Assembly: GCA_963754315.1 (NCBI GenBank)
Contig: CAVWFS010000014.1
Coordinates: forward strand, 160,001 to 224,000
DNA from: an uncultured Candidatus Rokubacteria bacterium
Lineage (GTDB): Bacteria; Methylomirabilota; Methylomirabilia; Rokubacteriales; CSP1-6
Length of the DNA stretch: 64,000 nucleotides
Reading direction: 5' to 3'
Position numbers and translations under genes: made by a program. Under the pieces are notes generated by a model, which saw only the letters and a list, made by a program, of their open reading frames with translations, made no database searches and had not been told where the DNA came from. Positions 19,139 to 29,241 of the stretch are shown one piece after another (position 1 is the first letter of the stretch; every line of letters starts with the position of its first letter).

Positions 19139-19239
19139 CATTCTGCAGTCGGCATAGTGGCCTGCCCAGAGGCGCCAAACAGACTCCGCGGGTCGGCGGA
19201 GCGCACTGCGGGGGTGAGCCCCGCCTAGGACGAAGGCCG

Positions 19240-20880
19240 CTACAGCGCGCGCCGGTGCGAGAAGGTGATCTCCTCACTGGTGATGAACTCGAGCAGGACG
19301 GCTTTGCCTTCCTCGTTGGCCTTGCGCGCGCGCTCGAGGGCCGGCACGATCTCGGCCGGCTTTTCGACCCGTTCTGCCTGGCCTCCCATGGCGCGCCCCA
19401 TGTCGGCGTAGTTGCCGCCGATGTCGCGCGTGCGATAGCGATCGTGCGAGACGACCAGGGCGTGCCGTTCGATGGCCATGGCCGAGTTGTTGAGGACGAT
19501 GGTGGTGATCGGAATGCCGCAACGGACGGCCGTCTCGAAGTCGAGCCCGGTCATGCCGAAGGCCGCGTCGCCCATGAAGTTCACGCAGAACTTGTCAGGG
19601 GCGGCCAGCTTGGCGCCCATGATCAGGCCCAGTCCCGTGCCGAGCGCGTGCGACTTGCCCCACCCCATGTAGCCGCGCGGCGCGGTGGTCCGATAGAAGG
19701 GAATCAACTGATCGCGCGGGCTGCCCGAGTCGTGGGTCACGATGGCCTGGCGTGGATTGACCGCGTGCATGAAATCCCAGATGACGCGGTAAGGCGTGAT
19801 GGGGACCTCGTCCGAGGTGAGCTTGGGCATCCACTCCGCGAGCCAGGCTGCGCGCACCTGTTCCACTTCGCCCGGGGCGTCCGTGGTACGCCGTTGCCTG
19901 CCCACGCTGTCCTTCACCGCGTCGATGAACTGGCGCAAGACCAGCTTGGCGTGGCCCAGGATCGGATGCTCGGTGGCATAGCACTTGTTGAGATCGCGCT
20001 CGTCGTTGGTGGCATGAATGATGGTCTTGCCGGGCGGGATGTTCGTGGCCATACCGTGCCGCGTGAAGCTACACCCGACACCGAACACGAGATCGGCCTG
20101 GCGCAGGAAGTGGTAGACCGTTCTCGGCATCACGGGACCGCCCGTTCCCAGCGCGAGAGGATGGTCCTCCGGGAACGCGCCCTTACCCTCCAGTGTGGTC
20201 ATCACCGGCACCTGGAGTAGCTCCGCCAGCTCCAGAAGCTCGTCCGAAGCCTCCGCATACATCACACCCTGTCCGGCATGAATCACGGGGTGCTTCGCTT
20301 GCACGAGGGCCCGCGCGGCGGCGGCCACGTCGGAGGGATTGCCGGCCGGACACGTGGCCTTCACCGGCTTGTAGTTGAGCGCAGCTTCGTTTACCTCCTC
20401 CAGGGCCACGTCGGCCGGGATCTCGACCATGACCGGCCCCGGCCGCCCCATCTTGAGGAGGTTGAACGCGCGCCGCATCACCTCGGCGACCTGGTCCGGC
20501 TGGTTGAGCGTCTCCACCCATTTCGTCACCGAGGCATAGGTGCGGGCCGAGCTGAAGAGCGGGAAAACTTGCGCCCGCTCCCGCTGGTGTCCGAGCGGCA
20601 GCACCAGCATCGGGACCGAATCGGAGTACGCGGTAGCGACGCCGGGGAAGGCGTTCTCGGCCCCCGGGCCGTACTGCATGGCAAACACTCCCGGGCGTCG
20701 GCCATTCGTCGTTCGGGTGTACCCGTCGGCGATTCCGACCCCGACGCGCTCCTGGCGGCACAGCACGGGTCGGATCCCGGCCGCCGCCGCCGCGTCGATG
20801 ACGGGCGTGGTGGGATACGCGCTCAGAAACTCGACGCCTTCTCGCTTCAGGATCTCCGCAACCGCATCGACGATCTTCAT
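19240..20880 (-). CDS. Thiamine pyrophosphate-requiring enzyme (acetolactate synthase-like superfamily)
   Basis: CRQERVG, GPGAEN, GRPGPV, TPP motif MGDAAFG...LNNS. Confidence 0.9.
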   Translation of the reverse strand: MKIVDAVAEILKREGVEFLSAYPTTPVIDAAAAAGIRPVLCRQERVGVGIADGYTRTTNGRRPGVFAMQYGPGAENAFPGVATAYSDSVPMLVLPLGHQRERAQVFPLFSSARTYASVTKWVETLNQPDQVAEVMRRAFNLLKMGRPGPVMVEIPADVALEEVNEAALNYKPVKATCPAGNPSDVAAAARALVQAKHPVIHAGQGVMYAEASDELLELAELLQVPVMTTLEGKGAFPEDHPLALGTGGPVMPRTVYHFLRQADLVFGVGCSFTRHGMATNIPPGKTIIHATNDERDLNKCYATEHPILGHAKLVLRQFIDAVKDSVGRQRRTTDAPGEVEQVRAAWLAEWMPKLTSDEVPITPYRVIWDFMHAVNPRQAIVTHDSGSPRDQLIPFYRTTAPRGYMGWGKSHALGTGLGLIMGAKLAAPDKFCVNFMGDAAFGMTGLDFETAVRCGIPITTIVLNNSAMAIERHALVVSHDRYRTRDIGGNYADMGRAMGGQAERVEKPAEIVPALERARKANEEGKAVLLEFITSEEITFSHRRAL

Positions 20881-21083
20881 CGCTCCTCGCAGTCTTTGGA
20901 TTGTGACCAGCATGCCGTCGCCACCGGATCATGGCTCCGGACGGGGCGATCTTCCGCCAGCCGGTGATTTTGTGCAACCCGCCTTGCTCGTCGAGGCCCT
21001 GCTTTCAACCACGCGCCACTATGCCTGCGTGACGTTCCGGCGTAGATTCACAATACATTGCGTCGGAGGAGGTGGCTTGAACC

Positions 21084-22481
21084 ATGACGTCAATCGATCC
21101 TGTGTGGGCGACAGTCGCCGAGCTATCGGGCGCGTTCGCGGCCCGAACGCTGTCTCCGGTCGATGCCGTCGACGCGCTGCTCAAACGTATCCGCCACCGC
21201 AATCCTGACCTGCACGCGTACATCGCCGTCTATGAAGCCGACGCTCGCCTTGCTGCGGAAGCAGCCGACAAGGCCATTCGCGCGGGCCACGGGGTGGGGC
21301 CTCTGCACGGTGTCCCCATCGCGCTCAAGGATCTCGTGGACCTCGAGGGACGGGTCACCACGGGTGGCTCGAAGGTGTGGGCTCGCCGCGTGTCGCCGGT
21401 CACCGCGACTCTCGCCAAGCGTCTCGTGGCCGCCGGCATGATCATCCTGGGCAAGACCCACACGGTGGAATTCGCCATGGGCAGCTGGGGGACCAACACC
21501 CACATGGGCACCCCGCGCAACCCGTGGGACCTCACGATGCATCGCACGCCGGGCGGCTCGTCGAGCGGCTCGGGAGTCGCGGTGGCAGCCGGGCTCGCCC
21601 CGGTCGCAATCGGTACCGATACGGGCGGCTCGGTCCGCTTGCCGGCCGCCTGGTGCGGGATCGTCGGGCTCAAGGTGACCGTCGGACGGATCAGCACTCA
21701 CGGAGTACTTCCGCTCAGCTCCACGCTTGACACGCCGGGCCCGCTGGCGCGCTCAGTCGAGGACGCCGCCCTGATCTTCCATACGCTGAACGGACCGGAC
21801 CCGCATGATCGACAGACGCTCGCGTGGGGGAGGATCGATCCCCTACCCGCGCTACGCCGCGGCGTCGGCGGTCTCCGGCTGGCCCTTCTGCCCGAGGCAG
21901 AACGAGCGGGGGTCGAGGCGGAAGTGCTGCGCGCTTACGATACCGCCGTGGAGCAGCTGGCCAACCTAGGGGCCCGCATCGTCCGCCCCACCCTGCCCCA
22001 TCGCCTGGCCGACTATGCGGCCGCCACCGGCCGCATCATCGGCGCCGAAGGCTATCGCTTCGTCGGGCACCTTGTCGACGACGAGACGTTACCAGTCGAC
22101 CCACACGTGCGGCCACGGATTCAGATCGGTCGGGGTGTGTCGGCCCGCGACTATCTCGGGACCCTGGCCGAGCGCGAGGTCCACCAGCGCGAGTTTGCCG
22201 AAGCCCTCGCCGACGTCGATGCGCTCCTGACGCCAACGACCCAGACGCCAGCCATTCCGCTCGACCAGGTGGACCAGGGGGGGACGGCCGCCCACTTCAC
22301 GCGCGCCGGGAACTATCTCGGGCTGTGCGGACTCAGCCTCCCCAATGGCTTCACGACCGGCGGCTTGCCGACGTCATTGCAGATCCTTTGTCATCCTGGT
22401 GAGGAGGCCACTGCCCTGCGCATCGGATGGGCCTACGAGCAGGCCACCAGCTGGCGGCAACGCCGGCCCCCCGAGCCCTAG
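21084..22481 (+). CDS. Amidase signature family enzyme
   Basis: GVPIALKD, PGGSSSGS, IGTDTGGSVRLPAAWCG. Confidence 0.93.
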   Translation: MTSIDPVWATVAELSGAFAARTLSPVDAVDALLKRIRHRNPDLHAYIAVYEADARLAAEAADKAIRAGHGVGPLHGVPIALKDLVDLEGRVTTGGSKVWARRVSPVTATLAKRLVAAGMIILGKTHTVEFAMGSWGTNTHMGTPRNPWDLTMHRTPGGSSSGSGVAVAAGLAPVAIGTDTGGSVRLPAAWCGIVGLKVTVGRISTHGVLPLSSTLDTPGPLARSVEDAALIFHTLNGPDPHDRQTLAWGRIDPLPALRRGVGGLRLALLPEAERAGVEAEVLRAYDTAVEQLANLGARIVRPTLPHRLADYAAATGRIIGAEGYRFVGHLVDDETLPVDPHVRPRIQIGRGVSARDYLGTLAEREVHQREFAEALADVDALLTPTTQTPAIPLDQVDQGGTAAHFTRAGNYLGLCGLSLPNGFTTGGLPTSLQILCHPGEEATALRIGWAYEQATSWRQRRPPEP

Positions 22482-22487
22482 CTCGAA

Positions 22488-23952
22488 CTAGGCGGAGGCG
22501 GGCGGGACCTTCTGCTCCTGGCGTCGGAGCAGCGGAAGGGCCAGCAGGGGCAGGAGGCCGAGCGCGGCCACCGTGATCATCAGGCGCCCGAGGTTGGCGT
22601 AGTCCTCCTGGCTCACCGCGAACGCGGCGTTGAGGTAGCGCGTGAAGAGCTGACTCGCCGACAGGGCAAGGTTCATGAGCGACGCCATGATCGCGAACAT
22701 GGTGGCCTCGGCACCCGCCGGCGCCGCGCGGGCGATCAGGACGAGCATCGGCACCATGGTGAGCTGCGCCAGAGGCGCCGAGATGGTCGTGTCCACGAAT
22801 GCCAAGGTATGCGCGCTCACGCCGATCCATTCGTGCAGGCCATAGAAGAGCCCGATGGTCGGCAGGTACAGGATCGTGGACGCCACGACCACCCAGAAGA
22901 GCGTGAAGCTCACCGGCTGGCGCACGATGGTGCGCCGGAAGACGATCAGGCCGAGAAGGCTCACGACCGAGCTGACCTGGGCGAGGAGGCCGAGGAAGCG
23001 TTGGTCGAACCCCAGGCGGTCGATGGCCCAGAAGCTGTAGCCCTGGCCGACGGCAGGTGTCGCCCGGAACAAGAAAATCACGACCGCCGCGATCACGACC
23101 GGCCGTGACACGCCGACCCGCCTCAGAAGAACGCCGATCAGGGCGCCGGATACGACGAGCACGATCTCCTCGGTGAAGGGCACTCCCGTTGCCTGTAAGA
23201 CGGCACTGAAGGCGGCGTAGGCGAGCCCGCCCAGCAGAACGACTCGCGCGTTGCCCCCCGCCAGCGGTCCTTTGTCGGGCGGCGGCGCGAGCCGCGTCGA
23301 TCCACGCGCGAAGGGCAAGGTCGCAATGACCAGCAGCGGCAGGAAGCCGGCTATCGCGAACGTGAGGCGGGCCCCGATCGTCTCAGCCAGCCATCCGCCG
23401 AGGTAGCCAACGCTGATGGTGCCCGCGAGGAGCGCCATTCGACCGAGCGCCTGGATCTGCCCCAGCTCCTCGTCCGACCGGGCAACCTCGACACTCATCG
23501 CGTCGGCCACTGCGTCCTGCACCATGAAACCGGCTGCGACCAACACGCTCGCCAGCAGATACATGGGCTTGGTGTCGACCGTGGTCGCCAGCGCGGCGTA
23601 GCCGGCCAGCGACCCGAGAGCGCCCAGGGACAAATGAAGCACGCCGACTGCGCAGGATCGGATAGCGGTCCGACGCCACACCGGCCACCATTTTCATGCT
23701 CCACGGCAGACCGACCCAGAACGCCACGCTGGCGGCCTCGGCCGGCGTGAGGCTCAGCGTGTCCTTCTCGAAGAAGACGAGGGCGATGGCCGTGATGGCG
23801 CTTGCGCCGTAGCAGAAGTACGTGACGAGGACCGGCAGATAGGCGAGGCGAACGCTGCTGGCCGCCTGGCGGGCGCGTCGGAGCACGATGGTACCGGCCC
23901 CCCAGACGCTTCGCGTTTCGCTCGTCGGCGCAAGCTCAGTTCGATCTGCCAT
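22488..23952 (-). CDS. Folate/biopterin (BT1-like) MFS transporter; frameshift near 23630
   Basis: LPVLVTYFCYGAS...LPWSMKMVAGVASDRYPI in one frame, then MVQDAVADAMSVE...AEATMFAIMASLMNLAL in the next. Confidence 0.8.
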
Positions 23953-23990
23953 CCGCTCATGGTACCTCGCCGGGGACGAGCAGCCGGCAC

Positions 23991-24371
23991 CTAGAGCGTG
24001 GCGATCGCCTCGATCTCGACCCGGGCGCGGCCCACGAGCGCCACACACTGCAGGGTCGTCCGGGCCGGCGGATCGGTGGGGAAATACTGGTTGAAGACGC
24101 CGTTCATCTCCATCAGCTCCTTGATGTCCACCAGGTAGATGGTGACCTTGACGACTTTTTCGAGCGATGACCCTGCTGCCTCCAGGACCGCCTTGAGGTT
24201 CTCGCACACCTGGCGGGTCTCGGCCACGATCCCGCCCGACGCCAGCGCGCCCGTCGTCACGTCGAGGCCGAGCTGGCCCGATGCGAACACCCATTCCCCG
24301 ACCTTGATGGCCTGGGAGAGCGGCACGCGCGCGGGTGGCACCTTCGCGGTATGAATGACTTGCTTATGCAT
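23991..24371 (-). CDS. RidA/YjgF family protein
   Basis: PLSQAIKVGEWVFASGQLG, NLKAVLEAAG, VVKVTIYL, PPARTT, VEIEAIA; own RBS GAGGAG. Confidence 0.92.
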   Translation of the reverse strand: MHKQVIHTAKVPPARVPLSQAIKVGEWVFASGQLGLDVTTGALASGGIVAETRQVCENLKAVLEAAGSSLEKVVKVTIYLVDIKELMEMNGVFNQYFPTDPPARTTLQCVALVGRARVEIEAIATL

Positions 24372-24421
24372 GGCTCCTCTCACTGTGCGTCTTGATTTTG
24401 CTCCAGCGCTGGCTCCGTGAC

Positions 24422-24830
24422 TCAGCGTCGGCGGCCGAATTGGGCCAAGCCAACGGCGATGTCCGGAAACCGAGCGAGCACCTGCTGATCGGCGGTGACG
24501 AGGGGTACGCCCAGGTCCTGGGCGAGCGTGACGAACTCGCAGTCGTAGGCGGAGCACCGGGAGGCGAGCTGCCAGTTGGAGCACCTGGTCCGACGCTACG
24601 CTGTACTCGTGGCCCCGCATCCAGTGCTCGGCTTCGCGAATCACCCGCAGGGCCGCATCCACCCCGACCACCCCTTGCCTGAGCATGCCGACCATCACGT
24701 TGCAGAACTCGGATCGCCAGAGCAGAGGCGCCGCCCAGATGGGATCGCGGGCGGCCACCGCCTCCGCTTGCTCTGTCCCTTCACCTTCGACGTACAGGTA
24801 GACGAGGAGATTGGTGTCGGCAACAATCAA
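24422..24830 (-). CDS. vapC: VapC-type PIN toxin; frameshift near 24563
   Basis: MIVADTNLL...APLLWRSEF, then shifted CSAYDCEFVTLAQDLGVPLVTAD. Confidence 0.85.
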
Positions 24831-25069
24831 GGACGACCCGCCGACTTGAGGGCGACCAGCGTCCGGTCGGTGAGGCGTCGGCCACGCGGGACGATGCGTA
24901 CGGCGCGCGCACGAGCGAGCCAGGTTTCCGGGTCGATCCGGGTGGCGCCCACCGTCGCCTCGAGCGACGCGATGACCTCCAGGTTGAGGCTTCGCCGGTT
25001 AGCGGCTGCGCGCTGGCGGAGCCGATCGAGGAGGGAAGCCGGCAAGTTCTTGATGGTCAGGCTCGCCAT
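24827..25069 (-). CDS. FitA/Arc-like ribbon-helix-helix antitoxin
   Basis: MASLTIKNLP...LRQRAAANRRSLNLEV; overlaps the toxin start. Confidence 0.85.
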   Translation of the reverse strand: MASLTIKNLPASLLDRLRQRAAANRRSLNLEVIASLEATVGATRIDPETWLARARAVRIVPRGRRLTDRTLVALKSAGRP

Positions 25070-25181
25070 CGATAGGTCTCCGAGGTTCCGAAATGGTTCC
25101 GAAACGACACCTAGAATACCCCACGGCTCGGTGCGGGGTCAACGCTGTGCTCTCGCGCCGCCGAGAACGGGGGCGCCTTGT

Positions 25182-25580
25182 CTAAGGTGAGGGAATGCCG
25201 TGGCCCCCAAAGAGGGGTACGCAGTCGGCGCCACACGAAGAGGCGGGGTCGGCAGGGGCGCCCGGCTTGTGGAGGACGGCACGGGTCGGGGTGAGCCACA
25301 ACGGCTGACCGGTGGCATCGATGGCGGCGGAGCCGTCGATGATCAGGCTGTAGTCGTCGGCGCTGCGCACGGGAAAGAGGAGGGTCACCATCGGCTTCGC
25401 CTGGGCGTTACGGGCGGTCTGCGTCCCGACCTCGGCGGCGAGGCGGTCGCCTGCCCAGCGCACCGGTGCGTAGGTCACGTGAGGACGGCCGTCTGCGGAT
25501 ACGGTCATCACGTAGGCCCGCTCCCCTCGTTCCTTCACCGCCGCCTCCAGCCTGCTCAGACTCCCGGCCAGCTTGATCAT
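25182..25580 (-). CDS. Pyridoxamine 5'-phosphate oxidase-like split-barrel protein
   Basis: [34 protein letters not shown]. Confidence 0.75.
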   Translation of the reverse strand: MIKLAGSLSRLEAAVKERGERAYVMTVSADGRPHVTYAPVRWAGDRLAAEVGTQTARNAQAKPMVTLLFPVRSADDYSLIIDGSAAIDATGQPLWLTPTRAVLHKPGAPADPASSCGADCVPLFGGHGIPSP

Positions 25581-25650
25581 CCACTGCCTCCCTGGATCGG
25601 GCCATCGCCGGCTTGCCGCCGGATCGTCCCCGCCGCTATATACTCTAGCC

Positions 25651-26102
25651 ATGATCGACAAGAAGCCAGACCCCGAGCAGCTCCGGCGCAGGCTTACCCC
25701 CGCCCAGTACGAGGTGACCCAGTGCAGCGCCACCGAGCCGCCGTTCCGCAACGAATTCTGGAATCACCACGAGCCCGGACTGTACGTGGACGTCGTCTCC
25801 GGCGAGCCGCTATTTGCCTCGACCGACAAGTTCGATTCCGGCACCGGCTGGCCGAGCTTCGGGCGCCCGGTAGAAGCGGCGAACGTCACCGAGCACGCCG
25901 ATACGTCGCACGGGATGCATCGGATCGAGATTCGTCCGCCCAGGCCGACTCGCACCTCGGCCACGTCTTCCCCGATGGGCCCGGCCCCACCGGGCTCCGC
26001 TACTGCGTCAACTCGGCGGCCCTCCGCTTCATCGCCGTCGATAAGCTCGAGGCGGAGGGATACGGCAAGTACCGGGCGCTCTTCGAGAAAGCCAAGCCCT
26101 AA
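25651..26102 (+). CDS. msrB: Peptide-methionine (R)-S-oxide reductase; frameshift near 25934
   Basis: [21 protein letters not shown], then shifted [12 protein letters not shown]...RYCVNSAAL. Confidence 0.93.
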
Positions 26103-26134
26103 GCCCTGCGCGGCGGCGTGGCCGGGGTGCCGCG

Positions 26135-26359
26135 TCAGCCCTCGTACTTGAACGAGAGCTGGACGCGCGTTCGATAGGCGACAACCTTTCCGCCCTCCAC
26201 TCTCAGGTCCATCTTGGCGACCTCGGCGATGCGCAGGTCGCGCAGCGACTTCGACGCGGTCTCCACTGCGTTCCTGGCCGCCTCCTCCCAGGACGTCTTG
26301 CTGGTCCCGACGACGTCGATGACCCGGTACACCCCCTCGCTGCCACTCTTCTTGGCCAT
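26135..26359 (-). CDS. Dodecin (flavin-binding)
   Basis: [34 protein letters not shown]...[12 protein letters not shown]; 74 aa. Confidence 0.92.
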   Translation of the reverse strand: MAKKSGSEGVYRVIDVVGTSKTSWEEAARNAVETASKSLRDLRIAEVAKMDLRVEGGKVVAYRTRVQLSFKYEG

Positions 26360-26477
26360 GGGATCCTCCCTCGTGGTGACTGAGCGAATCAGTTCTACGC
26401 CAGCGGCAGGCATAGCACAGACGTCCTGGGAGGACCAGACGGATTCTCTGGCGCGGTTGGAGTAGCATGGGCGGGTT

Positions 26478-26707
26478 GTGAACGAGACGGCGCTGTCTCC
26501 CGCCCGTCGCTGGGCCATCACCTGACGTACCGAGAGACGCAGACACAGGCCCAGGTCCTCGCCATCATCGACGACTTTCGTCTGCTCGCCGTGATGTACG
26601 CGGGGCTCGTCATCCTGATCTTGCTGATGCGCCGCGTACAGCCCGAGCCCTCGGAGCGCTCGCAGCCCGTCGCCGAGCGCGCCCTCCCGCGCGCTGCTGC
26701 CGAGTAG
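26478..26707 (+). pseudogene. Remnant of DHA2 (EmrB/QacA-like) MFS gene: first and last codons only
   Basis: GTG-NETALSPARRWAIT joined out of frame to YRETQTQAQVLAIIDDFRLLAVMYAGLVILILLMRRV...*; both pieces resemble EmrB-type termini. Confidence 0.55.
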
Positions 26708-26719
26708 TCCCTGCCGAGC

Positions 26720-27952
26720 GTGAGCATCTATCCCGGGTGGGGTATCGTGGCCGGGGCCTTCGCGGTCCTCTTCGTCGCGTACGGCGCCCAGTTCTCCTTC
26801 GGCATCCTGTTCTCTCCGCTGTTGGCCGAATTTGGCTGGACGCGCGGGGACATCTCCGGCGTGTTCGGGGTTTACACGACCGTGTATTGCGTGTGCGCCT
26901 TTCCCGCCGGCCGGTTGACGGACCGCTTCGGTCCACGCCTCGTGATCGCCGGCGGCGGCGTGCTGCTGGGAGCCGCGCTGGCCGGCATGAGCCTCGTCAG
27001 CCAGCTCTGGCAGATCTATGTGGTGTATGGGTTGGTGGCGGGGATCGGCATGAGCACCGCCTTCATTCCCTGCAGCGCCACGGTGGTGCGCTGGTTCGTC
27101 CGCCGGCGGGGACTCGCGGTGGGGATTGCCGCGAGCGGCGGCAGCGCCGGCGCGATGATGGTGCCGCCACTCGCGCAACTGTTTGTCGGCTCGGCGGGCT
27201 GGCGCGTGGCCTTTGTGGCGATCGGCCTGGCGATACTCGTTCTGCTCAATCTCCTGGCTCCCATCATGCGGCGTGATCCTGAAAGCGTGGGCCTGCGTCC
27301 CGATGGGGCAAGGGGGCTGCCTACCCTTAGCGCGGCCGTGGACGACGCCGAGAGCTGGACGCTGACCCGTGCTCTGCGGTCGCCTACCTTCTGGGTGCTC
27401 GGCAGCCTGTTCAACCTGACCTGGTTCTCGATCTTCATTCCGACCGTCCACCTCGCCGCGCTAGCTCAGGACCGCGGCTTCCCCGCCATGGTCGGCGCCT
27501 CCGCCCTCAGCATCCTCGGTCTGGGCGCGCTCCTGGGCCGCCTGGCGAGCGGTGAGCTCTCGGACCGCATCGGGCGCAAGGCGGCCCTGGCCACCTCCGT
27601 GGTTGCGCAGAGCATGGCTCTGCTGGGCTTCGTGGCTTTCGGTGGGCTCCCGATGCTCATGGCCTCCGCCTTCGTCTTCGGCGCTGCCTATGCCGGGACC
27701 TCGACCTTGTTTCCGGTGATCCTCGGAGACTTCTTCGGACGCGGCCACGTGGGGAGCCTCAGCGGGTTCCTCTTCGCGTTCGGCGTCTTCGCCGGCCTCG
27801 GCCCCTTCGTTACCGGCGTGCTCCGCGACGCACGAGGCGACTACGGCTTCGCCTTCGTGCTGGCCGCAGTCATCAATGTCTCGGCCCTGCTGTTGCTGCC
27901 CTGGGCTCACCCTCCACGGCGCGGCCGGACCACGCTACACTCGGGTCCGTGA
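26720..27952 (+). CDS. MFS transporter
   Basis: About 12 hydrophobic segments; GRLTDRFGPR, RWFVRRRGLA, GELSDRIGRK. Confidence 0.92.
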   Translation: MSIYPGWGIVAGAFAVLFVAYGAQFSFGILFSPLLAEFGWTRGDISGVFGVYTTVYCVCAFPAGRLTDRFGPRLVIAGGGVLLGAALAGMSLVSQLWQIYVVYGLVAGIGMSTAFIPCSATVVRWFVRRRGLAVGIAASGGSAGAMMVPPLAQLFVGSAGWRVAFVAIGLAILVLLNLLAPIMRRDPESVGLRPDGARGLPTLSAAVDDAESWTLTRALRSPTFWVLGSLFNLTWFSIFIPTVHLAALAQDRGFPAMVGASALSILGLGALLGRLASGELSDRIGRKAALATSVVAQSMALLGFVAFGGLPMLMASAFVFGAAYAGTSTLFPVILGDFFGRGHVGSLSGFLFAFGVFAGLGPFVTGVLRDARGDYGFAFVLAAVINVSALLLLPWAHPPRRGRTTLHSGP

Positions 27953-28437
27953 GCATCGACACGACCGTGCGCCGGGTCCTCGACACGCTCGGGACTCCCT
28001 ACGAGATCGTCGAGATCGATCCCGCCTTTGCCGATACTGCGGCCTTCTGCGAGAAGTACGGCTACGGCCTGGACGTGAGCGGAAACACCATCGTGGTGGC
28101 ATCCAAGCGCGAGCCGAAGCAGTTCGCCGCCTGCCTTGTCCTCGCCAACACCCGCCTCGACGTCAACCACGCGGTGCGCCGGCTCATGGGCGCCTCTCGC
28201 GTGTCCTTCGCGTCCGCCGAGGAGACCATGACCCTCACCGGCATGGAGATCGGCGGCGTCACCGTGCTGGCGCTGCCGGCGGACCTGCCGGTCTACGTGG
28301 ATGACCGGGTGATGGCCCTCGACTATGTCATCCTCGGCAGCGGCAGCCGTTCGTCCAAGGTGCGGATCGCCCCCGCCGTGCTCGAGCGCCTCCCGAGCGT
28401 TCGGGTGGTGCCAGGCCTCGCCCAGCCCCTTGCCTGA
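27949..28437 (+). CDS. YbaK/EbsC aminoacyl-tRNA editing family protein
   Basis: SFASAEET...TGMEIGGVT, GSGSRSSK. Confidence 0.85.
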   Translation: MSIDTTVRRVLDTLGTPYEIVEIDPAFADTAAFCEKYGYGLDVSGNTIVVASKREPKQFAACLVLANTRLDVNHAVRRLMGASRVSFASAEETMTLTGMEIGGVTVLALPADLPVYVDDRVMALDYVILGSGSRSSKVRIAPAVLERLPSVRVVPGLAQPLA

Positions 28438-28581
28438 CCGCCCTGTAGCCTTCACAGTTCTTTACATATCGCACCCCGCCCTCTACGCGCACCTGGCCGC
28501 CGAGGGTGACGCGCCTCGACTTTTTCCGGGCCCTGACTCTCGCGTGCTGGGCGCGCTAGGCCCCGAAGGCGCGCCGCCTGT

Positions 28582-29238
28582 CTACGGATAAATGCGGCGA
28601 TAGACGCCGGGCGAGCCGGGAGCGTGGGTCATGGCCGCTCGCATCCGTCCCGAGCGCGGCGACGATCCCTCGCGTTGTGCGTTCCAGGCGGCCGTCTCCG
28701 ACACCTTCTCGTCTTCGAATTCATAGACCGTCGCGTAACGCGTGTCCCCCTCCACCACGCGGAAGCGGCGCGCATGGATCACTCCCGGCACCTTGCGGTA
28801 ACCCGGGATGTACTCGCCGTTGTACCACTCGTTCCATTCGCGATCCACGGACTCGGGCACCGACATCCGTCCGATCTGGAGCGCGGGTGGAAGCGCGCGC
28901 TCCATCAGCTCCGGGCTCGGGGGAAAGATCTGCGTGCCCAGGGTTCGCGCCACATTCCTCCCGATGGCCGTGGGCGAGATGCGGCGGCTCCAGGGGCTCG
29001 GGTGGGCACGGAAGTCCAGAAGCTCTCGAGTTTTCAGGGCGTCGACACTCGACAGTTCGTACGCGGCCAGATATTTGGGCCCACCCTTGACGGCAACGTA
29101 GCGGGCGGCATCGAGAAAACCGGGCAGGGTCAGCAGGCTCCCCAGCTGCTCGGTGTCGTACCAGGCGTTGAACTCCTCCTCGTACTTCGGGTCGATATCG
29201 GTGAAGACGAGGAGGATTCCGCTCCCCTTCTTGGCCAT
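28582..29238 (-). CDS. Two-domain dimeric alpha-beta barrel protein (EthD/DUF4286-like)
   Basis: Internal duplication: EEEFNAWYDTE..LPGFLDAARY..KYLAAYE and DREWNEWYNGEY..VPGVIHARRF..RYATVYE. Confidence 0.75.
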   Translation of the reverse strand: MAKKGSGILLVFTDIDPKYEEEFNAWYDTEQLGSLLTLPGFLDAARYVAVKGGPKYLAAYELSSVDALKTRELLDFRAHPSPWSRRISPTAIGRNVARTLGTQIFPPSPELMERALPPALQIGRMSVPESVDREWNEWYNGEYIPGYRKVPGVIHARRFRVVEGDTRYATVYEFEDEKVSETAAWNAQREGSSPRSGRMRAAMTHAPGSPGVYRRIYP

Positions 29239-29241
29239 GAG

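Noticed and set aside
23991..24830. Apparent VapC-RidA fusion (279-aa ORF)
   Set aside because: Caused by one extra base near 24563; the PIN domain finishes in another frame with its own stop at 24422 and RidA has its own RBS and ATG
26135..27451. 438-aa ORF ending in dodecin
   Set aside because: Upstream part is antisense to the MFS gene; dodecin starts at 26359 after a GGGAGG RBS
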